Source of the DNA: Cystobasidiomycetes sp. EMM_F5
Taxonomy: Eukaryota
Assembly: GCA_051047955.1 (NCBI GenBank)
Contig: JBPGPT010000025.1
Coordinates: 1 to 64,000, forward strand
Direction of reading: 5' to 3'
Length of the DNA: 64,000 nucleotides
In this document: positions 50,750 to 62,941 of the stretch, piece after piece
Position numbering within the stretch: the stretch's first letter is position 1
Layout: each line of letters opens with the position of its first letter
Position numbers and translations under genes: made by a program
Notes under the pieces: generated by a model
Told to the model about the DNA's origin: nothing
The model's database searches: none
What the model saw: only the letters and a program-made list of their open reading frames with translations

Positions 50750-52847
50750 TCAGTGACATGCAATGCACTTGGAGGGTGCAGCAGTATACGCACGAGGATC
50801 CTCAGCGTCTCTGGGATAGTAATCCCTACATCTCGAGGTAAAGTCTGTTGTCGTCATGTATCCTCGATCTCCTGCCCGATACCTATCGACTACATCCAAC
50901 ATGGTATCCAGTTCACCAATAGAGGTGAAATGCTGGCGTGCGTATGCATACATAAAGGACGCCTTTCGCTGCAACTCTACCGGATCGGCTAAAGCATCAG
51001 ACAGCACGCGATTAATTTGCTGGAAGATGACGATCAGAACGAGCTTTTGGGCTGCTCTCTCATGCGCACATACCTCTATAGACCACAACGGGTCCAGTTC
51101 GATTGTATTATTCCGTAAAATACGTTCGTGCTCTGTGGGCAATTCTCCGGCTATAACGCAACTAATGACCCTTATAAGCGAAACTCTGAATCCGCCAACT
51201 AGAACATACTCACCCTGTAAGCGCTGCTTGTGCGTACTTGCGCACGGCCTTCATTTGTACAGAGCCATCGAAGACGCAAATCTTGGTTTCTCGCATACTT
51301 TTTGCGAAAGTCACATCGTTTGAATGCATAAAATCGAATGGCGGAGTATCTATCCTATCTGGAGCCCCAGCTGGAAGCTGCACAACCTCTTCGTACGTCA
51401 ATGCTGGCAAGGGATTTGTACTTCGAAATGGCTCGATGAAGGTTTGACCATCCTCGATAGCATCTGCGATCATCATCCTACGAGGTCGAATGAGTCAGTC
51501 TTCAGCTCGATCCAGAATCACAAATTTGCCCACCTCAAAGGATAATACGCGTCAGCCTTGCCAAAGAGTCGAACGTCGACAGTCTTATCGTTCCATTTTT
51601 GCTTTTTCCAATCTTCAGTCGCCACACAAATTGACATCGCTCAAGGTACTCACCGGTGGGTAGTAGTTGGTAGTGTGAGCCGAGTCTGGTACGTGAGCGT
51701 ATAGTTGGAAGGGATAATTGGATACATCGCCGTATTTGTGATGCCGTAACGCAACCAATTTCTCGTACGCGAAAACCTCCGTTAACTCGAAACCGTACCT
51801 AGCAGAAGAAAACCGCACACATTTGCAATGTGATTGCTTTACGTGTGCCTGTGCTCACCGGACAATAGTCACGTTTCCAAGATACGGAAAGTGCTCGTCG
51901 GGACATTGTCCGATATTGCAATCTCCAGTCTTGACGACAAAGACCGTGTCGCATTGAAACGATCTCTGATCCGTCACATCCCACCATTCGACAGTGCCGT
52001 CTGGACTGCCGAAAATGCCACTCCTCTCGTAGGATGTAAAGACGATGTCAAAGAATCCGCAACCGTACTTTTCCTCGATATTGTCGGTGAAGTGTTTCTG
52101 TGAGCTGAACCCGCTGTAGTCTGTTCAAGCACCATAGATCAGCAATGGCAGGGCGGGGCAGGCTATATATACCCTTACGAGGTCCCCACATGTGCGCCTC
52201 TACATTTGGGTGCTCCATTGCTGCCTCTAGCAAGCGCAGAGGAAAAGGAAGATGAGACGTGTCAAGCAAGGCCGTCTCTGTCGGACTGACTGTATACATC
52301 AATGAGGAATGGGTCTGATGTTTGTACCGCCTCTGAGGAGATAGGATTATAGCCATGGCTGGCTTAGCGCAGTAGTGTGACACTATGTGTCAGCTCGACG
52401 CTCACTCTTGTAATCGTGCAGGAAAAGCACCCGAATTGGCTTTGGTCGGTCCTTTACTGGATACTCGAAAGGGCTGTTCAATTCGAGAAACGGCTGCTCA
52501 AACCAGGGTCGACTGGCTAGAGTGGATGGAACGACAGCAGGACAGTCCGGAAAGGCTACCCCCGTCGATTTTGTCGAGACTGAAAAGCATCCCAGGACTG
52601 CCCCGATGATAAGCGTCAACAGGATTCGGGCAACCTGGCCAATCTTGCGGTGGTGAGATTTGAGGGAAGCCAGGCCAGCTCCGGTTGATCTGACGGCGTC
52701 CTCCTCTGCGCGCCTGTGCAACGTCGTCCTTCTTTGAGTGAGACCACGCCCGACTTCGCTCTCATTGTACGTGTTTGCATCAGAGGACCGGCGTCGCAGT
52801 CCGGCTGAAGGGAACTGCCCGCCGTTGACCTGGAGGGACCCAGGCAT
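50750..52847 (-). CDS. Uncharacterized glycosyltransferase-like type II membrane protein, paralog 2
   Basis: TM ILLTLIIGAVLGCF; VLFLHD, MWGP, KYGCGFFD, HVPDSA, YYPLR, MRETKICVFDGS, RKYAQAALTG, LPTEHE, DPVELQRKA, YRAGDRGY. Confidence 0.72.
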
Positions 52848-53008
52848 GATATTGCAGCATCGAATAGGGTAAAAGCAAAGCACAAGGCAGCTTTCTTTGA
52901 CGTTTACTGCTGGATTATATTGGTGATCGAGGATTACCCTTGAACAATAGCTACCGCCTGCCGTGTATGGCTTTTACTCTCGCCAACAACCCCACCTGCA
53001 CACCGTGA

Positions 53009-55225
53009 ATGCTGTCGCTCATCGACGAGCGCAAATCTCGCTCAAAGCCAGCCAGCCGGCATGCCGCAGCCAACCGGTCGTGGAGAGCCCGCCTGGCAGC
53101 TCTGGCGGGGGTCGTTGGGGCAGCGTATCTCTTCCGCGACGTCTGGAGCTACGCTTCCCTCCAGTCGTCGGTAGCCCACTCGTCTGCCCTGCCCGCGACA
53201 CCGTGGTACAAGAACGAGTCCCTCTTCTCCGACCCGTTCAAGTACACCCCCAAGGACTACGCCAAGCCGGTTCGAATTCTCTTTCTCGCAGACCTCGAAG
53301 GTGAGCGAGCCTGCATTCTCTGTAGGGTCCGAGTACGAATGCCGACGTATCCCTCCTGGCCGAATAAACCCCAGACTCCATTGTCCGGCACGACACATTC
53401 TACTACGAAGTCTATGGTGAGCTTTTTGCCATCAGAACGTCGAGTTACGTTGACTCTTACACCACCCACTTCACACAGAGGCTGCACGACGGCATCCAGG
53501 AGTCTTGCCGGAGTTCTGGGGACCGGGTATGTGGAGCCGTTTCACTCGTCTCTTCATTCAACGAAAAGCAAGCTCAATCTCCTTTACCCTTTCTGCAACA
53601 GGCTACGGAGGCTACGACATCACTCGTGATTGGAACGAAAACATAGCCCGCAAATATGGATGCGGCTACTTTGACATCCTGTACACTCACTACGGTCTCA
53701 ACAAGATTTGGGACGAGGATGCGAGGACGCCCAGCCTCGACTGCGACACCCTACTCATAGTAAAGGGTGGAGACTGTGGAGGAGGCGTGCAACAATGCGT
53801 CCGCGATTCTTATCTCCATCACGGTAACATCACCATTGCCAGGTAGACTAGACATTCTCCATGGTATACGTCGACTCAGCTTACCATCAACCCGCCAGAT
53901 ACGCTCACGAGCTCTTCGAGATGTACACGTATCCAAACATACTGAGCATCAGAGAGAGCAAATACAATAATCGCCAAGACATGCAGTATCACTTGTTTGG
54001 TCACATTCCAGATACCGCAAACGAGTGGGACTTTTATCCCGTGGTAATACTCAAGCTTCATACCATACTAGCGAATATTGTCGACTGATGAGCACGTTCA
54101 CCTCAGGCTGACTTTGAAGAGAAAAGCGTAGACGCCATGCTCTTCGGGGCAAGTCATGGTTATTACCCGCTCAGGTAAGTTGTGCGGGTACATCACTCAA
54201 TGAGCGTGATTGACTCGTGGCCCGTAGGACAACTGTCGCTCTTGCTATAGGGGCTGGCAAAACCTTCATTGAGCCTCAACCACCTGCAAGTGCGTCAAGC
54301 GCATCTTATCGGCAACGCTTTTGGCTAATGACGCATCGTGTAGCACACATTGATGAGACTCTGCCAATGTACGATCAGGTTCGAGCGCATCCTCCGAACA
54401 CATTGCAATGGGATGACAGTATACATGACGTCCAAGTGAGTCGTGATGAATGCGTAAAAGGTTATGCTTACCGCTAAAACCAACTTTCAGCGGGATATCA
54501 TGAAGAGTTTTGCAGGAGCGATGCGCAACACTAAGATATGCGTCTTTGATGGTTCCATCGAGCACAAGGCGGTGCGCAAATTCGCACAAGCGATGCTTTC
54601 TGGGTGCGTCCGCGCCCCTCTGCCAGTGTTTCGTGCGATTCGAGCAGTCTGACAATCCGTCTCAGTTGTGTCATTGCCAGCGATCTGCCGACCGAGCACG
54701 ATTGGATCCTGAAAGATAATATTATAGAGCTTGATCTGTACGCTACTATCGAGGTAAATAAGCTGTTCATGTGCACGATGCTCGTCACTTCGCTGAAACA
54801 AATATAGGATATCAATCGAGCAATATCGACAGCCCTACAAGATCCAGTTGAGCTGCAGCGGAAAGCAGCCACCTTACTCCAGTACGCGCGGCAGCATCTG
54901 ACCGGCACCAGGGAGATTGACCTCGTGATCGAGATGGCGCGGAGGTAGGTTATATTTTGGAATGGTCGATAGAAATCCGCTCATGCAGCCGATGCAATCA
55001 TAGATATCGGCAAGGAGAGCGAGGTTATACATTTCCAACGAGCTTCACTTCTCGCTGTCGGCATTACAATGACTGGGACCCTGAAGGGCCTACGCCGCCA
55101 TGGTAAGTACCTCTGGCATACAGTATATAGCCATACTTATTCACGTCATTCATAAATACAGGTGTACCGGCCAGCACTTCCAATTACAGCAAGGATGGAA
55201 CAGGCAGCCGCCACAAAGAGGCTGA
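53009..55225 (+). CDS. Uncharacterized glycosyltransferase-like type II membrane protein, paralog 3
   Basis: TM LAALAGVVGAAYLF; ILFLAD, FWGPG, KYGCGYFDI, KGGDC, HIPDTA, GYYPLR, MRNTKICVFDGS, RKFAQAMLSG, LPTEHD, DPVELQRKA, YRQGERGY. Confidence 0.72.
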
Positions 55226-55598
55226 ATGATCCAGGTTCAGATCAGTCCGCTTATCCCCTTCGGCAGTCGATTAAGAGTGTAAAACGAATATAAGTCAACA
55301 ACGGTATGATGTTTGGAATGAAACATATGTACGTCGCGCATTGTGTAGACGGCCACCATCAAGGCTCAAGGCTGATGTCACTTTCGTGCTGATTTGGCGG
55401 TGCCTACACCCCGCTTCGATTCATGGATTCCGCACCGCCTCTCAGTAGGACAATCGAGATTACGGTGCAAACAATTGTCACGGCTGGATCATGAATCAGC
55501 TATACACAGTTCGGTACACACACCATCGTTTGCACTGCCAACAACGCATTAAAAGAGGCTGGTCGGAGTGCGAAGCACAGCTGATCTCATGGCCTCAT

Positions 55599-55653
55599 AA
55601 GTGCGTTACTCGTTGTAGTAGTATAAAGTGCGTTACTCGTTGTAGTAGTATAA
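55599..55653. repeat. 27-bp perfect tandem duplication
   Basis: AAGTGCGTTACTCGTTGTAGTAGTATA occurs twice in tandem. Confidence 0.9.
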
Positions 55654-56062
55654 TCTGCTGTTCTATGGTACAAGTTATGTATAAGTCTAAGTTGCCCATA
55701 ACGGGAAGACCCTTTGCAGCATTTACGAGGTCATTGAGGAATCGCAGTTTCAGTCAAAATTCAATCACAGCAGCCATCGACATGTAAAGATGGCAGATCA
55801 TCACTGCACCGAATTTGCGCTCACTTAAGACAATGTTCCGAAATCCGTCTGATTCGCACATTAGATTCCGACGATAGGAACAATACGTCTCAGCGACTCG
55901 GAGCTATCAGAGTAGTCGATAAATATACGTTGCTAAAGAAAGGTGGGTAAATCTCGAAAATCAAGCCTCTAAGGGAGTCGGGGATTGGATCGCAAAAATG
56001 CGGAGACACTCGCCAGAAAAACAAACTGGATTAGCGCAAGCGCAGGCTCCCTTAAACCCGAC

Positions 56063-56160
56063 GGGTATATGGCTCAGTGGTAGCGCGTCTGCTTCGCATG
56101 ACTTCATCTAATGACTCACGCAATTGCTGAAGGTCAACGGTTCGATCCCGTTTATATCCA
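56063..56160 (+). tRNA. tRNA-Ala(CGC) with a 26-nt intron (56099-56124)
   Basis: Acceptor stem GGGTATA/TATATCC with G3:U70; D-arm TGGCTCAGTGGTAGCGC; anticodon loop TT-CGC-A; T-arm AACGG TTCGATC CCGTT; TTTTT terminator at 56171. Confidence 0.92.
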
Positions 56161-56256
56161 CAACGCAACATTTTTGCAGGATTCCTAAAAATTCCTGCAC
56201 ATACTCTTTGCGAGACCGCCGCCTTTTTGTGTTCGGCGCACTCATGGATACTCCGC

Positions 56257-57845
56257 ATGCCAACAACTGCAATATTGGGTGGGGGACTATCTGGTCTGTC
56301 CCTTGCGTACTATCTGGCTCGAGCATGTCCGCAAGACAAGATCATTCTGCTTGAGAAGGGCTCGCGTCTTGGTGGTTGGATACAAACCGTCAAGGCCGGT
56401 GAAGACATCCACTTTGAGTCGGGACCGCGAAGCATCCGGCCAGTAGGATTAGCTGGACTGTTGACACTAGATCTGGTGAACAATCTTCCTTACACATCCT
56501 GATCAAACTGATTGCACCTGCAGATCGACCAACTTGGTTTAACACCCAAATTGAGAACCGTATCGAAATCGCATCCTTCTGCAAAGAATCGTTACATATA
56601 CTTCAATCAAAAGCTGCACCGAGCCCCAAATTCGTTGGTATCCGCAGTTCGGGCGTCTTTTGATGCTCAATCGCCGTTTCATGGCTTTCTGGGGTCCGTC
56701 TTGACGGAGCCATTCAAGAGCAAGTCAGATCTCGTCGACGAATCTGTCCATGCGTTCGTTTCGCGTCGATTTGGTTCAGCCTTTGCAGAAAATGTCATGT
56801 CTGCACTAGTGCATGGCATTTACGCAGGCGACACGAGACAATTATCAATGGGTGCAGTATTTCCGACGCTGAAGGAGATGGAGCGACGACGAGGCAGCAT
56901 CGTTGCTGCAATGTTGACTGGAGGAGCTAAAATCTCTGTCGCCGACGCTGAAGCGAAACGCGCCCTCACAACGCGACTAGCTGATGTCGAACGACAGATG
57001 CGCAATGTCAGCGTATATTCGTTACAAGGCGGCCTTCAAACGCTGCCCGACAGCCTTGAGGCTGCACTCGTCAATCAAAATAACGTAGAGCTTCGGCAAG
57101 ATAGTGCAGTCACGCGAGTATCTATGCAAGCAGGTACCAAAAAGGTCTTGGTGTGTACAGGAACACGCTCTGACAGTTTGCAGCAACCTGATTTACCTCA
57201 CAGCTAAAATGTTCGGGTGAAAATCTCCCCGTGGACCGTTTCATGTCTGCGGTATCATGCAAAGCTCTCCATCAAATCCTGCCATCATACACAGAACTGG
57301 GTCAAACCCCATTTGTAACCGTCGGAGTCGTCAATTTGGCTTTTGCTGCACCATACGAAATGCCGTTACGTGGCTTCGGATACCTTATCCCTCGGTCTGT
57401 TCCGCTCGAGCAAAACCCGCATAAAGCCCTTGGTGTCATTTTTGATTCAGACATGTTCGACGAGAAGGATCCTACCAGAATCACGGTGATGCTGGGCGGG
57501 CACTATTGGTCGAATGGCAATGCTCCACAGAAGGAGCAATTGTTGCAGAACGCTCTGGACACTCTACGGCTACACGGCATTGTCTCCACAAATCAAAAGC
57601 CTGTTGCTTCCCATGTCAACATCCACCACGACTGCATTCCTCAGTATGCCATCGGTCATCCTGACCGCATGTTTAGGATACATCGACGATTATTGCTCGA
57701 CTTTGGCGGTAATGTGGGAGCTGTCGGGTCCAGCTATACTGGCGTGGGGGTCAACGATTGCATAAAAGCTAGCTGGACTGCAGCGCGGCTTCTAGCGAAA
57801 GGAGCGAGTTGCACTGGCTTGGAGGCCTACGCCGGCGAGGAATAG
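56257..57845 (+). CDS. HEM14: Protoporphyrinogen oxidase
   Basis: AILGGGLSGLSLAYYL, RLGGWIQT, FESGPRSIR, DESVHAFVSRRFG, HGIYAGD, GFGYLIP, LGVIFDS, CIPQY, GVGVNDCI. Confidence 0.95.
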
Positions 57846-57918
57846 CTGCAAACGCTAGAAATTTGCCTGCCGGCTGTTGTGAGAATCGCATACTCTCGGA
57901 ATTACCTGTATCGTAGAG

Positions 57919-59400
57919 TTAAAATTCGACAGACCAGGACAATGTGGTCTGTGTGCGCTTTTTCACGTGATGCACAGCTGTGAAACTTTCCCGCGCTGTT
58001 TGGCCAACCAACCTTGACGACGTCTCAAGTTGAGACACTTCGACCGGAATGCGTGCAACTTGGCGGAAATTGTGATTTCCTCGAAGACTTGGGAAGCGGG
58101 TGCCTTGTGCCCTTGCGTGCGCGCTCGCATAAAATGCTAGATCAATTGGCATGTGTTTGGGGAGCAAGGCGGACAGCCCCAGATGACCATCCATCCGCTA
58201 TTTAACTGTGATACCGTTCCAAGCGCCAGAAGCGAAGGCCAGACCATTGTACGCAAAACTTGAAACGACTTCAGAAAGTCGATCTTGAATGATGGAGTCG
58301 ACGGGGATTTGCTGCGCTTGTTGCGGCTCCACGGCATACATCTTGAGTTCGCCGGCCCTGGGCATATTCCATGTGATTGTGAGATCGACTGGATTCCGCA
58401 TATTGTCGGCGGTAGATTGCAGAATGATAGGAATTATTCGTGCGTTCAGAATATACGCAAAGGTTCTGCACAATACAGTCAGACAACATTCATAGAGAGA
58501 TTAATCTTTACTTACCCCCAAGTCGACCTCATCCGCCGAGTGATTTGACCTCTTTCCGGCGTTTCGTCGGTCCAATATTCACCTGCATCGTGGCCAAGCA
58601 TAATGATATCCCAGTCATCTGGAACTTGTCGCCAGACTTCATCCATGACTGGGCCAATACTGTAATTCAACTGTACAGAAACAATGACATCGCGTTTTAG
58701 TAGGGAAGTTCCGGCTGCATTCCTCAGACTTACGTCAAGATCATCTTCCATTACAAGAACACGTTCGTGTTTCTGACGAAGTACTTCTTGCCAACTGTAA
58801 CATCAGAGGAGATTAGCGTTGCCAACGAGTAGCAGTATTGCCACTTCACATCGATCGATGGCCAATCAGACAGGCAAGAGCATAACGGAACCGAAGTCTG
58901 TACATTCGCTTGCTTAGGTGCCTCGAAGGTGGCTCGTTGACTCCTTCTGCCTGCGCTTCAGACCCGATCTCCCGCCGCTTGAGAATGGTGTCGTCAAAGT
59001 CTCCCTTGTCAGGGAAGACGTGAAGGAATGTCTCGTTGAAGGACTTCGACCATACACTCGGCCCCCAAATGGCAGTAAAATCGATTCCAGCATAGTCGAG
59101 CATAGTCGACATTTCAGCCAAGCGGACTTGGCTGGCAGTCAGGATGTACGTATGTGATACGCCGAGAGTCGTCTTGGTCTTGCCGTACGGGCGTGCTGCT
59201 AACCAGGACAGAGGGACGTTGGATATGTATGGCGATGCTCCATCAGTGATCAGAAGGATGAGACCTAAACATAGCCAAACGTTTCAGTACAAGTTGCCGC
59301 GGCCATATTGGCCAGCAAACTTATGCTGGGCCGACCTACCACATATGCAGGAGACACAAGCCAACGATTTGGCCCAGTGTGAAAATCTGCGTTCAATCAT
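57919..59400 (-). CDS. GT25-like glycosyltransferase
   Basis: MLDYAGIDF, ALACLIGHRSM|WQEVL...VLVMEDDLDV, VPDDWDIIMLGH, LCRTFAYILN, PVDL; hydrophobic segment near the N terminus. Both ends approximate. Confidence 0.72.
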
Positions 59401-60030
59401 GGGTATATGGGCGAGTATTGCGATAAAAAAAGCTCGGCCAGCTATGGACGTCCAAAGGTCACCGGGTGGCTTTTCCGTCTCAGACTATCCCTGTCTTGCT
59501 GAAGGGTGCAGCTAGCGACGTCTGCAGCTGCGCAGATGTTGGACGTGTAACATCGTAAGGAACAAGCGCAACCTCTGCCGGCTGTCCTAATTAACGGGCT
59601 TACAATCTGCTTCCGGGAGATGCGGTAATTCATGCATCGCGGATCAGTTGCCCCCAATAATGTATAAATCGAACAGATCTCCGGACAAATCAGACGGTAA
59701 TTCATGATATCGTATGCGCATCGATGTCGTTAGTTGTCAGTAGCAAAACTCTGCAGAATTTTCATCAGCATCATCAGCAGCAGCGACGCGTCACAATTTT
59801 GTGATTTTCAGCAGTACCGTTGCCTGTAAAAGCAAAGAAAGCAGGCGGATTAGTGCAAACTGTGCATGAAGAATGATATGCCCCCGTTGTATCGTCTGCG
59901 TTGCGAATGAAACACCAGTCTGGCCATTGGACAGCCCTTTGAAAAATAATACTTGCCTTCAACCCGACCAAAACAGACCCAGCCCGAGCCAAAGCCCAGC
60001 AGTCGAGTCTGACTCGCCTAGCCCTCTGAA

Positions 60031-62372
60031 ATGTCCGACAAGCTCACCCGTATCGCCATTGTCGACAGCGACAGATGCAAGCCGAAAAAGTCAGCGCAAA
60101 ATATCAAATATGCGGCCTGGATTGGGCGGCTGACAATGGCCATGCTGGCGTCCACAGATGCAGACAGGAGTGCAAAAAGTCATGTCCAGTCGTCAGAGGG
60201 GTGCGCCGGGAGATTGCTGACTCTTGGAGTGCAAGTCCTGATGCAGTATTAACAGGGCAAGCTGTGCATAGAAGTCTCGCCAACAGACAAGGTGAGTTCA
60301 GAGTATATCTCAATGCGGACGGCTAGACTGGGCGCCGCTGACTCGCCTTGTTCCCGCGCAGATTGCAACAATTTCCGAAGTCCTGTGCATTGGATGTGGT
60401 ATCTGCCCGAAAAAGTAGGTAGCGCTGCCTTGGTGCTGTAGGACGTCGGACGTCGGAGTATGAATAAAGGGTCTGATATACTCGTCTTCCGTTTACAGGT
60501 GCCCCTTTGAAGCTATCCAAATCATCAATCTGCCGACAAATTTGGCTACCGAAGTCACGCACAGATACTCTGCCAACTCTGTAAGCCGCGATGAGAAGAG
60601 ATCACACGATATGTTCGAAAAGGAAAACCGTCGTCTGACTCTGCCTTTAAACTAGTTCAAGCTGCATAGACTTCCTATGCCGCGGCCTGGTCAAGTGTTA
60701 GGCCTGGTCGGCACAAACGGTATTGGCAAATCGACAGCCTTGAAGATCCTCGCAGGCACCCTCAAGCCAAACCTCGGCCGCTTTGATGCGCCGCCGGATT
60801 GGCAAGAACTGCTCAAACATTTTCGCGGCAGCGAGTTGCAAAACTACTTTACAAAGGTACTCGAAGACGATCTCAAGGCTCTCATCAAGCCGCAGTACGT
60901 CGACCATCTGCCAAGAGCCATCAAAGGCAACAAGACGGTCAGGCAGATGCTCGAGGGCAAGATGCAGGTTGAATCGCTGGATCGTATAATCTACCTGCTC
61001 GATCTGCAAGAAGTCATGGACCGCGAGCCAAGTCAGCTATCTGGTGGAGAGTTGCAGAGATTTGCTATTGCCATGACCTGCGTCCAAAAGGCGGATGTGT
61101 GGGTTTGAAACACGAGTATGGGGCAGAATACGTATTGACTCTTCTCCCTTTATCCCGCAGCTACATGTTTGACGAGCCCTCCTCCTATCTCGACGTCAAG
61201 CAGCGTCTCAATGCCGCACTCGCTATTCGCGAATTGGCAACTGACAAAGCTTACGTTATTGCCGTCGAGCACGATCTTGCAGTCTTGGATTACCTTTCCG
61301 ACTTCGTCTGCTGCATGTACGGCAAGCCAGGAGCATACGGCGTAGTCACTTTCCCCGCCGGTGTTCGAGAAGGCATCAACAATTTCCTCGATGGTCATAT
61401 TCCAAGCGAAAATCTCCGATTCCGCCAAGAGGCACTCAGCTTCAAGATGGCAGAGACGGCCGATGAGTTTGTCATTGAGCATACAAAAGCCTTCCAGTAC
61501 CCAGCTATGGAGAAGACGCTAGGCAGCTTCCACCTGTCAGTGGAAGCAGGCTCCTTTGCCGATTCGGAGATTCTAGTCTTGGTCGGCGAGAATGGAACGT
61601 GAGTGGTTCTATGCGCTGTGCGAGCGAATGCGCCTGTTGACGACATGTTGTGTCCGACACAGTGGAAAATCGACCTTTGTAAAGATGCTAGCTGGCAAGA
61701 TGGCAGCTGACAATGGACAAGAACTGCCACAGTTGTCCGTCTCGCTGAAGCCGCAAATGATTGCACCCAAGTTTCCAGACTCTGTTCGTATGCTCCTAAT
61801 CAAAAAGATTAAAGCAGCATTTATGGATCCGCAATTCAACTCGGATGTTATCAAGCCGATGCAGATAGAGGAGCTGCTTGATCAACAAGTCCAGACTCTT
61901 TCAGGCGGTGAGTTGCAGCGTGTGGCTATCGTACTTGCCCTCGGTCAACCAGCGGATGTATACCTCCTCGACGAGCCGTCGTCGTACCTCGATGTTGAGC
62001 AGCGTATCAATGCAGGAAAAGTCATCAAGCGGTAGGTTGTGCGCAATGTCACGAGGCGAGTTTCAAGCTGAGTAGATTATGCGTTACAGATTCATTATGC
62101 ATTCCCGAAAGTCTGCCCTTATCATCGAGCACGACTTTCTTCTCGCAACCTATCTTGCAGACAGGGTTGTCGTGTTTGGCGGTAAACCAGCAGTCGATGC
62201 CCATGCTAGCGCGCCACAGACTCTGTTGAGCGGGATGAATAGCTTCCTCAAGAGCCTAGAAGTCACCTTTCGTCGTGATCCAACCAACTACCGGCCACGG
62301 GTCAACAAGCGCGACTCGGTCAAGGATAGAGAGCAGAAGGCCGAAGGCAGGTACTTCTTCCTCGAGGATTGA
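60031..62372 (+). CDS. RLI1: ABCE1/Rli1 Fe-S ABC ATPase (ribosome recycling)
   Basis: [51 protein letters not shown] twice, [21 protein letters not shown]. Confidence 0.98.
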
Positions 62373-62941
62373 GATTGAAAATCAAGCGCAGTGGCTTGTT
62401 GCACTGGCCGCTCAGCGCCGCCGTGGAGATGGCAAACGCAACCTCAATGCCTGCATTGCGTGTATGCCGCGAAGCACTGCATGTGCTCGGTCGTGTGGCA
62501 CCGACTCTAGCTCAAGCTCCTGCTGCATACGCTGCGCGCACACATGGATTGGGATATTTCGTGCAGGTACGCGTGCAGGCATGCATGCTCTGAACCAGCT
62601 GCGTTGGCTGTCTGCAACTCGGCAGCGAGTCAAGTGGAAGTGACACTACGACTGGCGGGCTGCGGTCAGAGTCATTACTGGGATGTCTTGCATACTGCCA
62701 TCGGATGCATATCTTCCAGAGTGGATTGGATTACCGCGGGCGCTACCTGCTGCGTTACCAATGGTGCAGAGTAGGCTTACTGTGTGACGCAGCCTTGTCT
62801 CGGTCGTCTATTGTAAAATGTTGTAATTCAATAACAATTTCGACTGTTTGAACTCTCATCTTTACCTCTTGCAAACCAACAATCAGAGTATCCAGGCCAT
62901 TCGATGCGGCCAGCCAGCAGCTGCGAGTGACTGTTGTCCGC

